This document shows positions 46,980-60,235 of a DNA stretch of 64,000 nt, piece after piece (the stretch's first letter is position 1; the number at the start of each line of letters is the position of its first letter). The notes beneath the pieces were generated by a model. It saw nothing but the letters and a program-made list of their open reading frames with translations, was not told the origin of the DNA and made no database searches. The position numbers and the translations under genes are program-made. The stretch comes from the human T2T-CHM13v2.0 reference genome, Homo sapiens. The stretch lies in NCBI RefSeq assembly GCF_009914755.1, contig NC_060933.1. The stretch is one strand, 5' to 3'.

Positions 46980-48319
46980 TAAAACAAAGCAAAAAATACC
47001 AAATATGAACACCATAATTTGGAAAATTAATAACTGTTTCAATTATTTAATTTTAGGGAAGATGAAACAAAGCAGTCAGGTAAGATTACAAGAATGTGTG
47101 TGTATCTGTGTGTTGGGTAGTGGGAGGGGGGAGGCAGGGGCAGGTTCTGAGCATTTTCTTAATAGGAAAGAAGGGAAATGAAAATACAACCATTATATTT
47201 TAAATTTCTTACATTTTTATTTACTTATTTTAATTGACACATTGTATAGACTCTTTTAAAATGTTAATCCCTAACTGTCCAAAGAAAGTGTTTGTATGAC
47301 TACTTAATTCCCATAACTGTGGATCAAGAGAGCTGCCAGAAATTGGCATAGGAGAGAGCTATGCTTCCATCTGTAAAATCATCACAAACCTAAACTCAAG
47401 AGCCTGCTAATATTACCTTGAAAGATAGGTGTTCATAAACTAACTTGAGATCTTTGAATTACAAGTTAAAAAATCTTAATTTTGAAGATATGCTTCATTA
47501 GAGGAATGAACACACTGTTTTATACGTCATGAGGAATGAATACATGGTTTTATAAATCATTGTTTTCTGTATCTAAAATGTTGCTTAACAGTAACTGGAG
47601 CACAGTGAATGCCTATTTGTGAAATAAATCACTTAAAGTTAATTTTCAAGTTCAGCTAGAATGACATCAAGACAGGGATCATAAAGGAAAGATTTGTTAA
47701 TTTGATAAACTTCTATCTTAAAACTTTTGAATTAAATCAAAAACAAAGACTACAATGCAATCAAACAAGTCTACTATAAAAATAGAAGGCAAAGAGCAAA
47801 TTGAGAAAATATTTGTAATAAGATGACAAAGTTTGCATACCAAAATCAACGTAAAAGAATTATAAAAATAGCAGAGAAAGGTAGCTATCTTAATTGAAAA
47901 ATGCACAAAGGCCACAAACTTGTAATTGAAAGAAAGAAATTTTAAAATTTTTTAAACAGTTTAGACTATTTGGTGACTAAATTAATATTTTTACATGTAT
48001 CAAGTAGGTAAAGATTTTAAAAATCTCTAGTGGTAGAATGGATGGTGAAGAAAATGCAATGTGATTGGCTGGTCTTGAGAGAATGAACTTGTGTAACTCT
48101 ACAGGCAAATTTGAAAATAATCTTGAATACTTACATCCAAAGGGGAGGTTGATTAAGAAACTGAGTTAAAAATTGGCGATTTGATGAAGAATGCATTTTT
48201 ATAATAATAAAAATAAAGACAAAAACTTCAGAAAAAATAATAAAGGAAAGCCATGGTTAATGTATGCAGCAAACCAACTGCAAGTCTACATTTTACTGCA
48301 GTTTAAGATTCTCCTTTGC

Positions 48320-48531
48320 GGGAATATCACACTCTCGGGACTGTGGTGGGGTGGGGGGAGGGATAGCATTGGGAGATATACCTAATGCTAGATGACGAGT
48401 TAGTGGGTGCAGCGCACCAGCATGGCACATGTATACATAGGTAACTAACCTGCACAATGTGCACATGTACCCTAAAACTTAAAGTATAATAAAAAAAAAA
48501 AAAGAAAAAAAAAGAATATAAAAAAAAAAAA
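48320..48531 (+). mobile_element. L1PA2-like, severely 5'-truncated (about 170 bp plus tail)
   Basis: atgacGAGttagtgggtgcagcgcaccagc...taacctgcacaatgtgc; TSD aagattctcctttg at 48305-48318 and 48532-48545. Confidence 0.95.
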
Positions 48532-48859
48532 AAGATTCTCCTTTGAGCTGCACAGGTTTTATGAGATACATTTTTTTTCTCTGAATCCAATAACAATACG
48601 AGGTTCTAATTGTGACTGATATTTACATAATTATATTGATGTTCATTATTTATCAAATTTTAGATGAACTCTGAAGGCAAATCCTGGGAGAACTGATTAC
48701 CATAATAGAACACCATGTAAGAGTTATAAACTCTGATAGCAAAATAATGATATAGCTGAGAGAAATTGGCAGAAGAGAGAACTGGAAAGAAATACAGGGA
48801 AACTTATTTCCTCATTTTGCATAATAGGAAGCCAAGAGTTATGTCCAAAACTGACTAAA

Positions 48860-49080
48860 TAGTACATCAGTTAGTAATGTGTTCAACTACAAGTAACAGG
48901 AAAACAAGGATTAAGAATAATGAGAATACACGTGGATGTGCCTGTCTCAGTCCTGGACTGGTACACCTTGTCAGTAATTTAATGAAGATCTGAAGTCTTT
49001 CTTTCTTCTCCTCCAGGGCCACAGAATGGCTGCTGCCACTCCCAGCTTTATGGGAATTTAAGCAGCAGGAAGGGGCACAG
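48860..49080 (-). mobile_element. Old MLT1 (J/K/L-like) fragment
   Basis: catcagttagtaatgtgttcaactacaagtaacaggaaaac...cacagaatggctgctgccactcccag. Confidence 0.55.
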
Positions 49081-49082
49081 CC

Positions 49083-49710
49083 AAATAGGAACAGCTTTTA
49101 CACTGTTAGTGGGAATATAAATTAGTTCAACCATTGTGGAAGATGGTGTGGTGATTCCTCAAAGATCTAGAACCAGAAATACCATTTGACCCAGCAATTC
49201 CATTACTGGATATATACCCAAAGGAATATAAATCAATTACAAAGACACATGCACCCTATGTGATTGCAGCACTATTCACAATAGCAAAGACATGGAATCA
49301 ACCCAAATGCCCATCAATTTGAATGAATAAAGAAAATGTGGTACATATACACCATGAAATACTATGCAGCCATAAAAAGGAACAAGATTATGTCCTTTGC
49401 AGGGACATAGATGGAGCTGGAAGCCATTATCCTTAGCAAACTAACGCAGGAACAGAAAACCAAATACTTATAAGTGAGAGCTAAACAATGAGAACATATG
49501 GACACACAGAGGGGAACAACACACACTGGATCCTGTCAGTGGGTGGGGTGGGGGAAGGGAGAGCATTAGGAAAAATAGCTAATGCATGCTGGGCTTCATA
49601 CCTCGGTGAGGGGTTGATAGGTGCAGCAAACCTCCATGGCACACATTTACCTATGTAACAAACCTGCACATCCTGCACATGTACCCCAATAAAAATTTAA
49701 ATTTAAAAAA
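49083..49710 (+). mobile_element. L1PA (about PA8-PA11) 3' end
   Basis: aaataggaacagcttttacactgttagtggg...gcatgctgggcttcatacct...aacctgcacatcctgcacatgtacccc plus A-rich tail. Confidence 0.95.
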
Positions 49711-49872
49711 TAGTGTTGACTATATTCCCCATCTACCCCTTCCACTCTGAACAAAGGCTATATAGGTATCTAGGCTCCATTGGGATTTTTGGATAATTAC
49801 TCTGTGATTCTCCCCCGTGCACATTAATAAATTTGTATGCCATTTCTTTAAAAAAAGAAAAAAAAAAGAAAA
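49711..49872 (+). mobile_element. MER39-like LTR U3/R fragment with poly(A): probable L1 3' transduction
   Basis: ggctatataggtatct...ccattggg...ctctgtgattctcccccgtgcacattAATAAAtttgtatgcc, then an A tract 18 nt after AATAAA. Confidence 0.75.
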
Positions 49873-50254
49873 TGGGTATTGAGTGAATCATTTCTTAACA
49901 TCTGCTATGATGAAGAAAATAATTTTTAGTACATAATTTGTGGCCTTCAAACTAATAATGCTAACAATAGTCAGGAGGATAACTAAACTGAGCTAAAAAG
50001 CCTCATTATTTGTAGCAGGTTGTCAAAAATAATATCCTAAGTTGATATATTAAGAAATAAAAATAATAAACAGAAAAAATTAAACAGAATTAAAGGAAGT
50101 TTTGCCTTAGGAATGGAGATAAGATGTTGGTGTATATGAGTATCTAACAGGAGAGTTTTGATTTTTATTCCAATAACTCATTCCACAGACTCTGATAGGA
50201 TGGCTCTTATGTCCAAGGAGCTGCTCTCATCACATCACTTGGGATGCAGCCAAG

Positions 50255-50475
50255 GATAAGACAACAGTGACCTTACCCTTCATTTATGTTCTAATAGCAA
50301 GTATGATAAATCAGATGTACATATAACATTAGACAGTAATATGTGATGAAAAGATAGAGATGCGGTTAAGGGTGATTTGAAATGAGGGTCCCGAAAGCCC
50401 TCTCGGAGGAGGTGACCTCTGAGCAGAAATGGGAATGATGTACAGAGTGAGCCTTATGGAGAGATGCAGCCACAG
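50255..50475 (-). mobile_element. L2 fragment
   Basis: gggtcccgaaagccctctcggaggaggtgacctctgagcag. Confidence 0.6.
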
Positions 50476-51821
50476 GAAAAGTTGAGTCAGGTCTGCTGTA
50501 TCTCAGAGATGGGACAATATTTTCTTTGAAAAGCCAGAGGGCTGACCCCAAACTACTCTACAAGGCACTAATGAGGTTCTAACTTTAACTGTTATTGATC
50601 AGGCTTGTCAGAGCAACAGTCATCAACTTCATCCAAGGCCACAAAATATATTCTAGCAGGACTAACCTTGAATCCATTGTATTAATGCAGTTTCTGAGGC
50701 CCTAAAACAATGTTCATTCCAATGAGTTATATTCCAGGCTGTAGCTGTGGGAGGAATCCAGAGTTTACCCAGGTATTAAGAACCTCTGAATAAGAATGAA
50801 CAGAATAACAGACCAGAGAGAATGACTTTGTATTTTAATCTGATCTAAGAATTTTGAATTTGGGGCTTTCATTTTTGTGGACAGGACAGTTTTATTTCAG
50901 ATTTGATACCTTTGGAATTATCACCTTTGGCCTTTAGTGTAAGGGGATTCTAATTTTGAACTTCAATTTCTCCTAGGGAACTTAATAAATGCAGAGGACA
51001 AATTTGGTATGACTCTGACTGTCATTTTGTTGATGGGAGGTATTTATGTGTTTCATTACAGCACTCATTCTCAATGCAGCATCTCTTACATGATTAGCAT
51101 TGGACAATATGGCTGCACACACTTTGGATAAAATATAGAACAGGGTATAAAATGTCAGCTTTTAAATTATGGAGATGATTTAATAATGTATTCTTCCGAA
51201 CCACTGCATAGAGGTCTGGGGACAAAGCATATAATACCCAACAGTGCTCCCAAGAGAAATGATACAAGTGGGCAGTGGTTGGTTTTGAGGGAGTGACCTT
51301 CACAAAGTTAGAAATAGGACAGTTATGGGGCTGAGAGGGAGGCGGGGACGGACCACTCTCTGCTTGACCGTAGTTTGGTGATTTAAGTCTAATAGGTTAA
51401 GAGAAAAAAACCTGGGGCATGTTGGAATGGATGAGCTTCTCTCTATTACCTTCCATGTCAAGGAAGCAGAATGGTAGTAATATCCCTGGGCTCTCAGTGT
51501 CTCTTTACTTTCCCCACCCCGACTGGTAAGTAAGGAAAGAGTAAACTGAGTACACGGACCTCAGTAACTCCCTTTTCTTTTGAAAGAATTTCCTGCCCAT
51601 ACAGAAAAGGATTTCTCTTCTACAATGTTGCCCTATAAATAAGGGTGCCTAAGACAGGGAGTATGATCACAAAGACTGCAGGTCAAATAGTACCTAAATC
51701 CACAAAAGAACTTCTACCTTGTCATTTCTCTTGGAACCTGTCTCTCTGGACTTACCTTGACCCGGTGATTTTGCAAGATTTTTACTTTAATTTTTAATCT
51801 ATGGCATCCAATATTTAAACA

Positions 51822-52230
51822 CACTCATGTACCACATAAGGACATTTTGGTCAACAATGGATGCACATATGATGGAGGATCCAAAAGATTATAATGGAAT
51901 GGAAAAATCCCTACCACCTATTGATATCGTAGCTGTCCTAAGGTCATGGAGCAATGCATTACTTATGTGTTTGTGGTGAATGCTGATGTAAACAAATCTG
52001 CACTGCCAGTTGTATAAAATTATAGCACATTCAATTATGTACAGTACATACTTGATAATGATAATAAACAACTATGTTACTCGCTTATGTATTTACTAAA
52101 TCTTTCACTGTTGTTTTAGAGTGTACGCCTTCTATTTATTAAAAAATAATTACCTGTAAAACAGGCTCATGCAGTTCCTTTAGGTGGTATTCCAGAAGAA
52201 GGTATTATCACAGGAGATGACAGCTCATGC
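51822..52230 (+). mobile_element. Tigger3 (Golem)-type DNA transposon fragment with left TIR
   Basis: cactcatgtaccacataaggacattttggtcaacaatgga...aagattataatgg...ggtattccagaagaagg...ggagatgacagctc. Confidence 0.85.
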
Positions 52231-52974
52231 TGTCGTCATGTTGGCTGGGAGAGAATCTCTTTCTAGATGAACTAGTGAGACGCAGGTTAGATATCCCTAC
52301 AAACATGCTTGAATACCTTTCCTGAAATTTTGGGTTCCACACACAAATGGACTCCTCTCTTCTCCCTGAGGAGGATAAGGACATTGACTTCCACTGCAGC
52401 ACTTAACCACTTCAATCAGGACATCCTTGGTCTTCTGCTTTGTGTCCACAATCCATACTTCAAACATGCCATAATCTTAATTCCAAAAAAATTTCTACAT
52501 GTGATTTTGCTCTTTTCCATATAATTTAAGAAACAGGCAAAAACTTCTGTGTAAATGTAATTTCAATTAAATTTTACAGTTCATTTTTTGTACCTCATGC
52601 AGAAATTAGGTGTTTCAGGGAATATGTAGGTCAATACATGGGATGAGACACATATCTTTGATTTCAATAAGCAGTAGTGGAGAGAGGAATCTATAGGTGA
52701 GAAAAACTATAAAGAAAGCAATAGAAAACATAAAGCAAGAGTGTGTTCACAAAGCATTTTTGAGTTTAGTATGACAAATATTTGTATGTGTGTGCGTGCA
52801 CGCACGCACACGCACACACGCAATGCAAAATAAATTTGTAAAAGTTTGTCTGGATTGTATTATAGTCAAACACCAAACCAAGGAATTATTAATTAATTAT
52901 CCATTAATGGGAGGTTTATGAAAAGATTTTGCATAGAAAAGTAACATGATTATTCTGCCTGTCATCGAAGGAGA

Positions 52975-53392
52975 GATTGACACCCACCTAAAAGACTACA
53001 TTTTTCAAGCTTTTTTGCAACCATGTTTGGCCATATGCCCAAGTTCTGGCCAAGGAAATTTAAGTGTTGTGAATAATTTCCAGAGGTCTCCTTAAAAGGG
53101 AGGGAAGTCCCACTTCTTCCATCTTCCTCTTTCTTGCTGCTGGGAATACTGATATAGTGGCATTTGAGCAGCCATAGAGGATTATGTGACCTTGAGAATT
53201 GAAGCTATATGAGTGGAGGAATAAAATCGGAAGATTCTTGTTTTCTGATTCCGTGGATTTTGCACAACCTGATCTGGACCTCCTACTTCTAGATCATTCT
53301 TACAGAAAAATAATTTCCTACATTTTTAATACCATTGTTTTTTGAGAGAGATTCTTGTTTTTGTCAAACAAAGCAAATCCAAATTAACCAGG
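52975..53392 (+). mobile_element. MLT1J-like LTR
   Basis: aaagactacatttttcaagc...aagttctggccaaggaaat...gctgctgggaat...gagcagccat...ctggacctcctacttctaga. Confidence 0.7.
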
Positions 53393-54425
53393 TGGTACTT
53401 AGGAAGGTCATGCAAGACAAAATACAGCCCCTTTACCTTCAGTCTCTAGTTTAGAAAACTCAGCAGATGAGAATTCCACTTCTGAAATATCAGAGGCTAA
53501 CAGAAGGAAAATCACTGAAGCTATTGATCAAAAAGAATATAAGAACTGGAAAGATTTCAAAAGAAATTCATGCTACTTAAAATTTTAGGTCAAGGTCTAT
53601 CAAATTTCTTTCTAATGTTATATATGATTTGATCAACTTTGTTCATTGCTAAATGTGTCTGATCCCTATTCTTTCCTTTCCTATTTTGTTAATTTTGTGC
53701 TATTATTTATGGTAAAATGAAAATTATTTTAAAAACTGTCCTAAAAGAGTAGACTTTTGTTAAAAGGAAGAGTATTTCAATGGTATCCCAGATCTGCTCA
53801 CTATATTTCTTTTGCAAATATGATATTTCTTAGCTTTAAAAGGAACTCATAGAAAACATTAGAAAGAGAAGACTATGCCCAGACCAATGAAACATACTAC
53901 CCAATCTCACACTCACACTCTTGTATGAGACACACGAAAACACCATCTGTTTCTCTTTTCTTGCCAAGGCACAGAGGACTTATTCCTAGTACTTCCTTCA
54001 ACTCCACAAAGTATAGACCTAGAAATGAGGTGTAGGGTCACAATATTACCCAAGAGCAGAGGTATATAAATATCACATCCTCCACCCAAATGGCCACTTT
54101 CATTTCTGAATGAAGTGTGGATTGTACACTTTGAGTAACATATTTTGATATATGTAACTTAAGAGTTTGCATGTAACTAACAGTGAAAGGACAGGGAATT
54201 ATATGTATCATGTATAAAAATTCTCACCCTCTACAGGTTCGTATATCAATATTTCCTTGGTGCTTCTTCACTTTGATCTCTTTGATGCATTTGATAGCAT
54301 TACCTCTTTTTCTGTCAATCTTTTTCTTTCTTAACTTCTATGGAATACTTCTCTACTTTTCTGTTTCTATTTTTAACACTGCAAAGACTTGCTTCCTTGG
54401 GTTTGTCTTCTTCCTCCTGTCTTCC

Positions 54426-54812
<387 letters not shown>

Positions 54813-56107
54813 TAATTACCTAAATACTTTCATCTTCTCTACATAAACTCAAGCTGTTCTTCCTAAATCACATCCAGTTCCATACTTTGAGCAGTAACAT
54901 CCATGGCAGGAACGCTAATACCTACCACCATAGCTCATGCTTCTCTAATGAATTCTGGTCTTGCATATACATTTGCCTGGATAAAACACCCCAGGAAAGC
55001 CTCTTCAGAATGGATTCCTTAACATGTGTACAATTTTTCAAATGTGTACATGTCTTGTATCCCCAATTCTAGGTAATGGGAGCAGTGTATCTTCAGTCAT
55101 TCAGGCTAAAGGTGCTTCTGTTCAAAAGTCTTTAACAGTTACTGATTGCATACTGAAAATAAACACACAATATATCTTGAGATATTTTTGAAGGCCTTCA
55201 TATCTGTCCTCAGTCTTACCAGTCTTATTTACAAAACTGAATACCACATTCCAGATTATCCTTTATTTGGTTTTCATTGTTCTCTCTACCTGGTGGGCTG
55301 TCCCCCCCACTCCAAATCCATTTGCCAAAATATTAATTAATGTAAAGGGGTTATGTCAAATACCCCCATCACTATAGTGGAATGAACAGAAATAGTTTTT
55401 TAGGTAAAATAGAATTTTACCAATTATTCTTTTATGGCATTTTTTTATCATGATTATATCTTGAATAGATGTCTCATTATCACTACATGACTTGTCAATA
55501 AGGTTCATAAAACTGAGTTTATGTCTCATTCTTTTTTTTATTTCTCTTTAGTGCAGTTCCTATTAAGGAACCTTACATGTACTAATTAATCAATTTGTCC
55601 TGAATGAATGGATGAATTAGTGATTAAGTGGAATGAATTAAACAACTTAAAATCAGCTGGAAATGTGCCAATAAGAGTGTTTGGAAATGTTCTATTTTAT
55701 TCAAAATGCATCAGACAAAAGATAAATGGGTATCACTAATGTAGATGAGTATTTACTATATCATGAATCATATTGAAAAATTATTCCTAAAATATTTCTT
55801 AGAAACTAGATATTTCTCATTAATGCTGGTTTTCTACATGTTTATGTCCAAATAGTTTCAAGTAAATCTAAATGTTTTTAATAGTCCTATTATAGACAAA
55901 GCAAAAGACGAATAGCATTCAATTAGGATCACAGTATGCAGTAAAATCACCTCACAGTCTAATGTAATTAGTTACCATCTCATTCCATAATGCCAGAAAA
56001 TGTGGCTCCTTTATTCACCATTGATTCTCCTAGTACCTAGCACAGTAACAGACATAGTAAATAATAATACACACACACCATGTATTATTTTTAGCTATTT
56101 TCTAATG

Positions 56108-57899
56108 TATTTTCCAGCTTTAATGAGGCGTAATTTTCAAATTTAAAAATTGTGTATTTTCCAAGTGTCCACCATGATGATTTGATATACATATACATTG
56201 TGTAATGATTATAACACAATCAAATTAATTAATACATTCAACGTCATCCATAGTTACCTGTGTGTGGTAGTTGGGGGGTGGGTGTGGGGATGGTGAGGTC
56301 ACTTAAAATCTGATTTGTATCAAATTTCAAGTAACAATATAGTATTATTAACCATGGACACCATGCTAAACTTATTCATCTTACAACCAAAAATTTGTAC
56401 CCTTTGACCCACATCTCCCCCATTTCCCCTGCCCCCAAATTCTGGAAATCACCTCTCTATGCTCTGTTTCTATGAGTTCAAGTTTTTAGATTTCACATGT
56501 AAGTGAGACCATACAGTATTTGTCTGTCTGCGTCTGGCTTATTTCACTTAGCACAATATTCTCCAGGTTCATCTATATTGTTGCAAACGTCAGGATTTCC
56601 TTCTTTTTTTATGGCTGAATAGTATTCTCTCTGCCATTTTCTCCACATAGCATTTATCACTATAAACTTGTTAATTTTGCCATTTTCTCCACTTGTGTAT
56701 GTACACACTACATTTTCTTTATGTATCCACCTTGATTATTGTGAGCAGTGCTGCAATAAATGATTTTTGTGAATAATACTGCAATAAACTTAAAAGTGTA
56801 GATATGTCTTCAACATACTGATTTCTTTTTCCTTGGATATATAAATAGAGTGGGATTGCTAGATCATATGGCAGTTCTATTTTTACTTTTTGAGGAGCCT
56901 CCATAATTTTTTCCATAATGGCTGTGCTAACTTACATTCCCACCAACAATGTATAAGAGTTTCCTCTCCTCTGCACCCATGCCAGCATTTGTCATTTTTG
57001 TCCTTTTTCATAATACCCATTTTAACTGGGGTAAGATGCCATCTCATTGTGGTTCTGATTTTCATCTCCCTGATGATTAGTGATGCTGAACATTTTCATA
57101 TACTTGTCGGTCATTTGTATGTCTTTTTTCCAGAAATGTTTATTCCAATCATTTGTACATTTTAAAATCAGATTATTTGATTTTTTGCTGTTGAGTTGTT
57201 TGAGTTCCTTCTATATTCTGGATATTACTCACTTGTCAAATGAATAGTTTGCAAAATTTTCTCCCATTCTGTAGGTTTTCTCTTTACTCTCTTGATTGCT
57301 TCCTTTGCTGTCCACCAGCTTTGTAGCTTGATATAATCCCATTTATCTACTTTCATTTTTGTTACTGGTGCTTTTGAGGTCTTATTAATAAAATCTTTCC
57401 CCAGTCCAATGTCCTGAAGAATTTCTCCTATATTTTCTTCTAGTAGTTTCATAGTTTTGGGTCTTACATGTTTGTTTTTAATCCATTTTGAATTGGTTTT
57501 TGTATATGGTGAGAGATAGGGGCCCAGTTTTATTCTTCTACATATAGATATCTAGTTTTTCCAGCCCCTTTTATTGAAGAGACTGTCCTTTCCCCAATTG
57601 TATGTTCTTGGTGCATTTGTTGAAAATCAGTTGGCTATAAATACATGAATTTATTTCTGTTTTCTCTATTCTGTTGCAATGGTCTGTGTCAAAAAAAAAA
57701 AAGCCCAATTTCATTGATCTTTTCTTTTTTTGTCTGTGTTTCTAATTCTAATTTTTGTCTAATCTTCATTATTTTATTTCTTCTTCTGACTTTGGGCTTA
57801 GTTTCTTCTTATTTTTCTAGTTTATTGGACTGTGAAGTTAGGCTGTTTATTTGAGATCTTTCTTTTCTCTTAATGTAAGCATTTATCACTATAAACTTC
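56108..57899 (-). mobile_element. L1MA (about MA8/9) 3' region with an internal deletion near 57690
   Basis: ORF2 fragments 56883-57065 and 57225-57452; L1MA-type 3' UTR. Confidence 0.88.
56630..56692 (+). repeat. Iteratively templated insertion copied from 57878-57925
   Basis: 56630-56650 equals 57905-57925 (20/21); 56649-56692 equals 57878-57921 (41/44). Confidence 0.9.
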
Positions 57900-58879
57900 T
57901 TGATTCTGCCATTTTCTCCACGTAGTATTAAGGAGTGAAATGACCTCTCTGATCCTCTAATGTTTCTCAGCAAAACAGCCATTATAAAATTTGGTGCAAA
58001 TAATTTATATTTTCATATGCTTATACACATCACTTCTACATGCTTACACTTTCTCTTTCTCCCTCTCTGTCCTTATTCTGACAGACATGTTTTAGATACA
58101 TGAAATAATGCTATTCATGTAGGAAATAAATATTACTGAATAAATAAATGAATTTAAATGAATTGGGGTCTGGCTTTTCAATTAGACTGATATCTTAGGT
58201 AAATTTTACCATTCTGATATTTACCATTCTTTGAAAATTTGTAATTTAAGGTATTTAAATTAAATTTCCTTGGGGAAAACATATACACAATTCATTATAC
58301 CAACATGTAAAATGTAATAGATTTTTTAAGTATCTATTCTCTAGTCATGAATATAAGCTGGATCTCTCTGAGCATCACTCACTTGGGATTGAGTATGACA
58401 AAGTTTTTAATAATTTATTTCTTCTCCCCTCTCGTTCACTCCCTCACTCAGAACAATTTCCATTACAGATGTCATGTGGACTTCTCTGAGGAGAAATATA
58501 GATTTCAAAATGTCAACTTCTCTAGCAGAAACGTGATTGTTTTCTCATTCCTTCTTTGGTACTTCTGGTTCCCAAACATATATTTGTGAAGTGTTTGACA
58601 GTCCTATTTCTTCCAGCTGATCTGCTGTGCTGCAGTTTATATTTCCTTTTACTTCAAAATATCCAAGAATTTAGGGACAGATAATGGCTTTAGATGTAGC
58701 AACTCCTTCCAGCAAACCAACTTAATGATTTTGAAATATCTTATAAATATTCTTTCACTTTTAACATTCCTTGGGGTTGATACTTTGAAATACCAAAATA
58801 AACTAAGAATGTTAATACTTCATAAAATTTTATGTAACCTTCTTGTAGCAGGTGCAAAATGAGGAAATGATATAGTCCT

Positions 58880-59391
58880 TGAGATGGTTAATTTTATGTG
58901 TCAACTTGACTGGGCAATGTGGTGCCCAGATATTTGGTAAAAGATTACTCTGTGTGTGTCCATGACTGTGTTTTTGGATGAGATTAACATTTCAATCAAT
59001 AGAGCTGAGTCAAGCAGATTGCTGTCACTAATGTGAAGGCTAATTAGTTGAGGGTCAATCAGTTAGTTGAAGGCTTGAAAATAACAAAAAAGGCTGACCT
59101 ACCACAAGTAAGATGAAATTCCTCCTGCCCACCTGTTGAGCTTTTTTCCTGCCTTCAAACTAAAACTGAAGCATTGGCTCTTCTTGGGCCTCAAGCCTGC
59201 CAGCTTTTGGACTGGAACTGCACCATTGGCTTTCCTGATTCTCAAGCTTTAGGACTTGGACTGGAACTACATCATTGCCTCTCCTGGGTCTCCAGCTTGC
59301 TGACTACACATCCTGGGAATTTTCAATTTCCAAAATCACGTGAATCAATTCCTTATAATAAATATCTTGAAAGAGATAGAGATAGAGAGAA

Positions 59392-59427
<36 letters not shown>

Positions 59428-59496
59428 TGTGTGTGTGTGTGTGTGTATGTGTTGGCTCTCTTGGTTGTGTTTTTCTGGAGGACCCTAACTAATACA
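58880..59496 (+). mobile_element. MLT2B-like ERVL solo LTR
   Basis: tgagatggttaattttatgtgtcaacttgactggg...ggaggaccctaactaataca; TSD gtcct at 58875-58879 and 59497-59501. Confidence 0.92.
59371..59451 (+). repeat. Compound (GA)n(GT)n microsatellite within MLT2B
   Basis: Seen directly in the sequence. Confidence 0.95.
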
Positions 59497-60101
59497 GTCC
59501 TAAATACATTTTTATTCCTGGAGGTAATTTGTATATTCTTAGTTGCTGAAGCAAAGGTGAGTGGAAATGGGTCACATTTGGTAGAAGAAAGGACCTTTTG
59601 TTTAATAATCGAAGTTATGCCAGGCATCAATTATCCCAAGAGGTGTTCTCATTCCATGCACCGAAAAGATCCATAATATTCTTCCCAGAGACATCTTTTT
59701 GTTTAAGAGTATTGAGGGCATTATACCAAAACATTTTTGAAGGATTTTTTTTCAAGTGTTGACACCACTAGTAGTTCTGGCAAGGAAAATATTTTGAGCA
59801 GCCACCATTAGGAATAGAACTAGAGTAACAACAATATAACTTATAAAGCAAGTCCCTTTGTCTCCTCTAGCCATTTCTGCTTCAAGTTTTAAGACTCCCA
59901 AATATATGAAAACCCACTTTTAGGCTTAAAGACCCTAAATTTAAGGATCCAAAATATACAAAACCATATTTTAAAATTCAGCAAATAAAATAGAATGTAG
60001 CCTTTGTTCAAGAATCAAAAATAGCAAACTCATGCAATAAATTAGGTTGACCTAAAACAGACTAGAGTACATAGAGAAGCTTGATTGCATGAAAAATATC
60101 T

Positions 60102-60235
60102 TGCCTGGGTATGGCGGCTCATGCCTGTAATCCCAGCACTTTGGGAGGCCATTGCAGGAGGGTCACTTGAGCCCAGGAGTTTGAGAGCGGCCTGGGAAAC
60201 ACAGCAAGACCCTGTCTCTATTTAATAACAAACAA
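60102..60235 (+). mobile_element. FLAM_C-like monomer
   Basis: Single Alu left arm with cacttgagcccaggagtttgag, followed by an A-rich tail. Confidence 0.88.

Noticed and set aside
51335-51535. GC box plus strong donor ctg|gtaagt as a first exon
   Set aside because: No CpG island or other support; isolated motifs.
52786-52822. Palindromic (TG)n/(CA)n tract as a functional hairpin or Z-DNA element
   Set aside because: A common by-product of adjacent microsatellites.
57680-57710. Internal L1MA deletion as a spliced L1 retrocopy
   Set aside because: No GT donor at the sense-strand junction; 2-nt microhomology fits a simple deletion.
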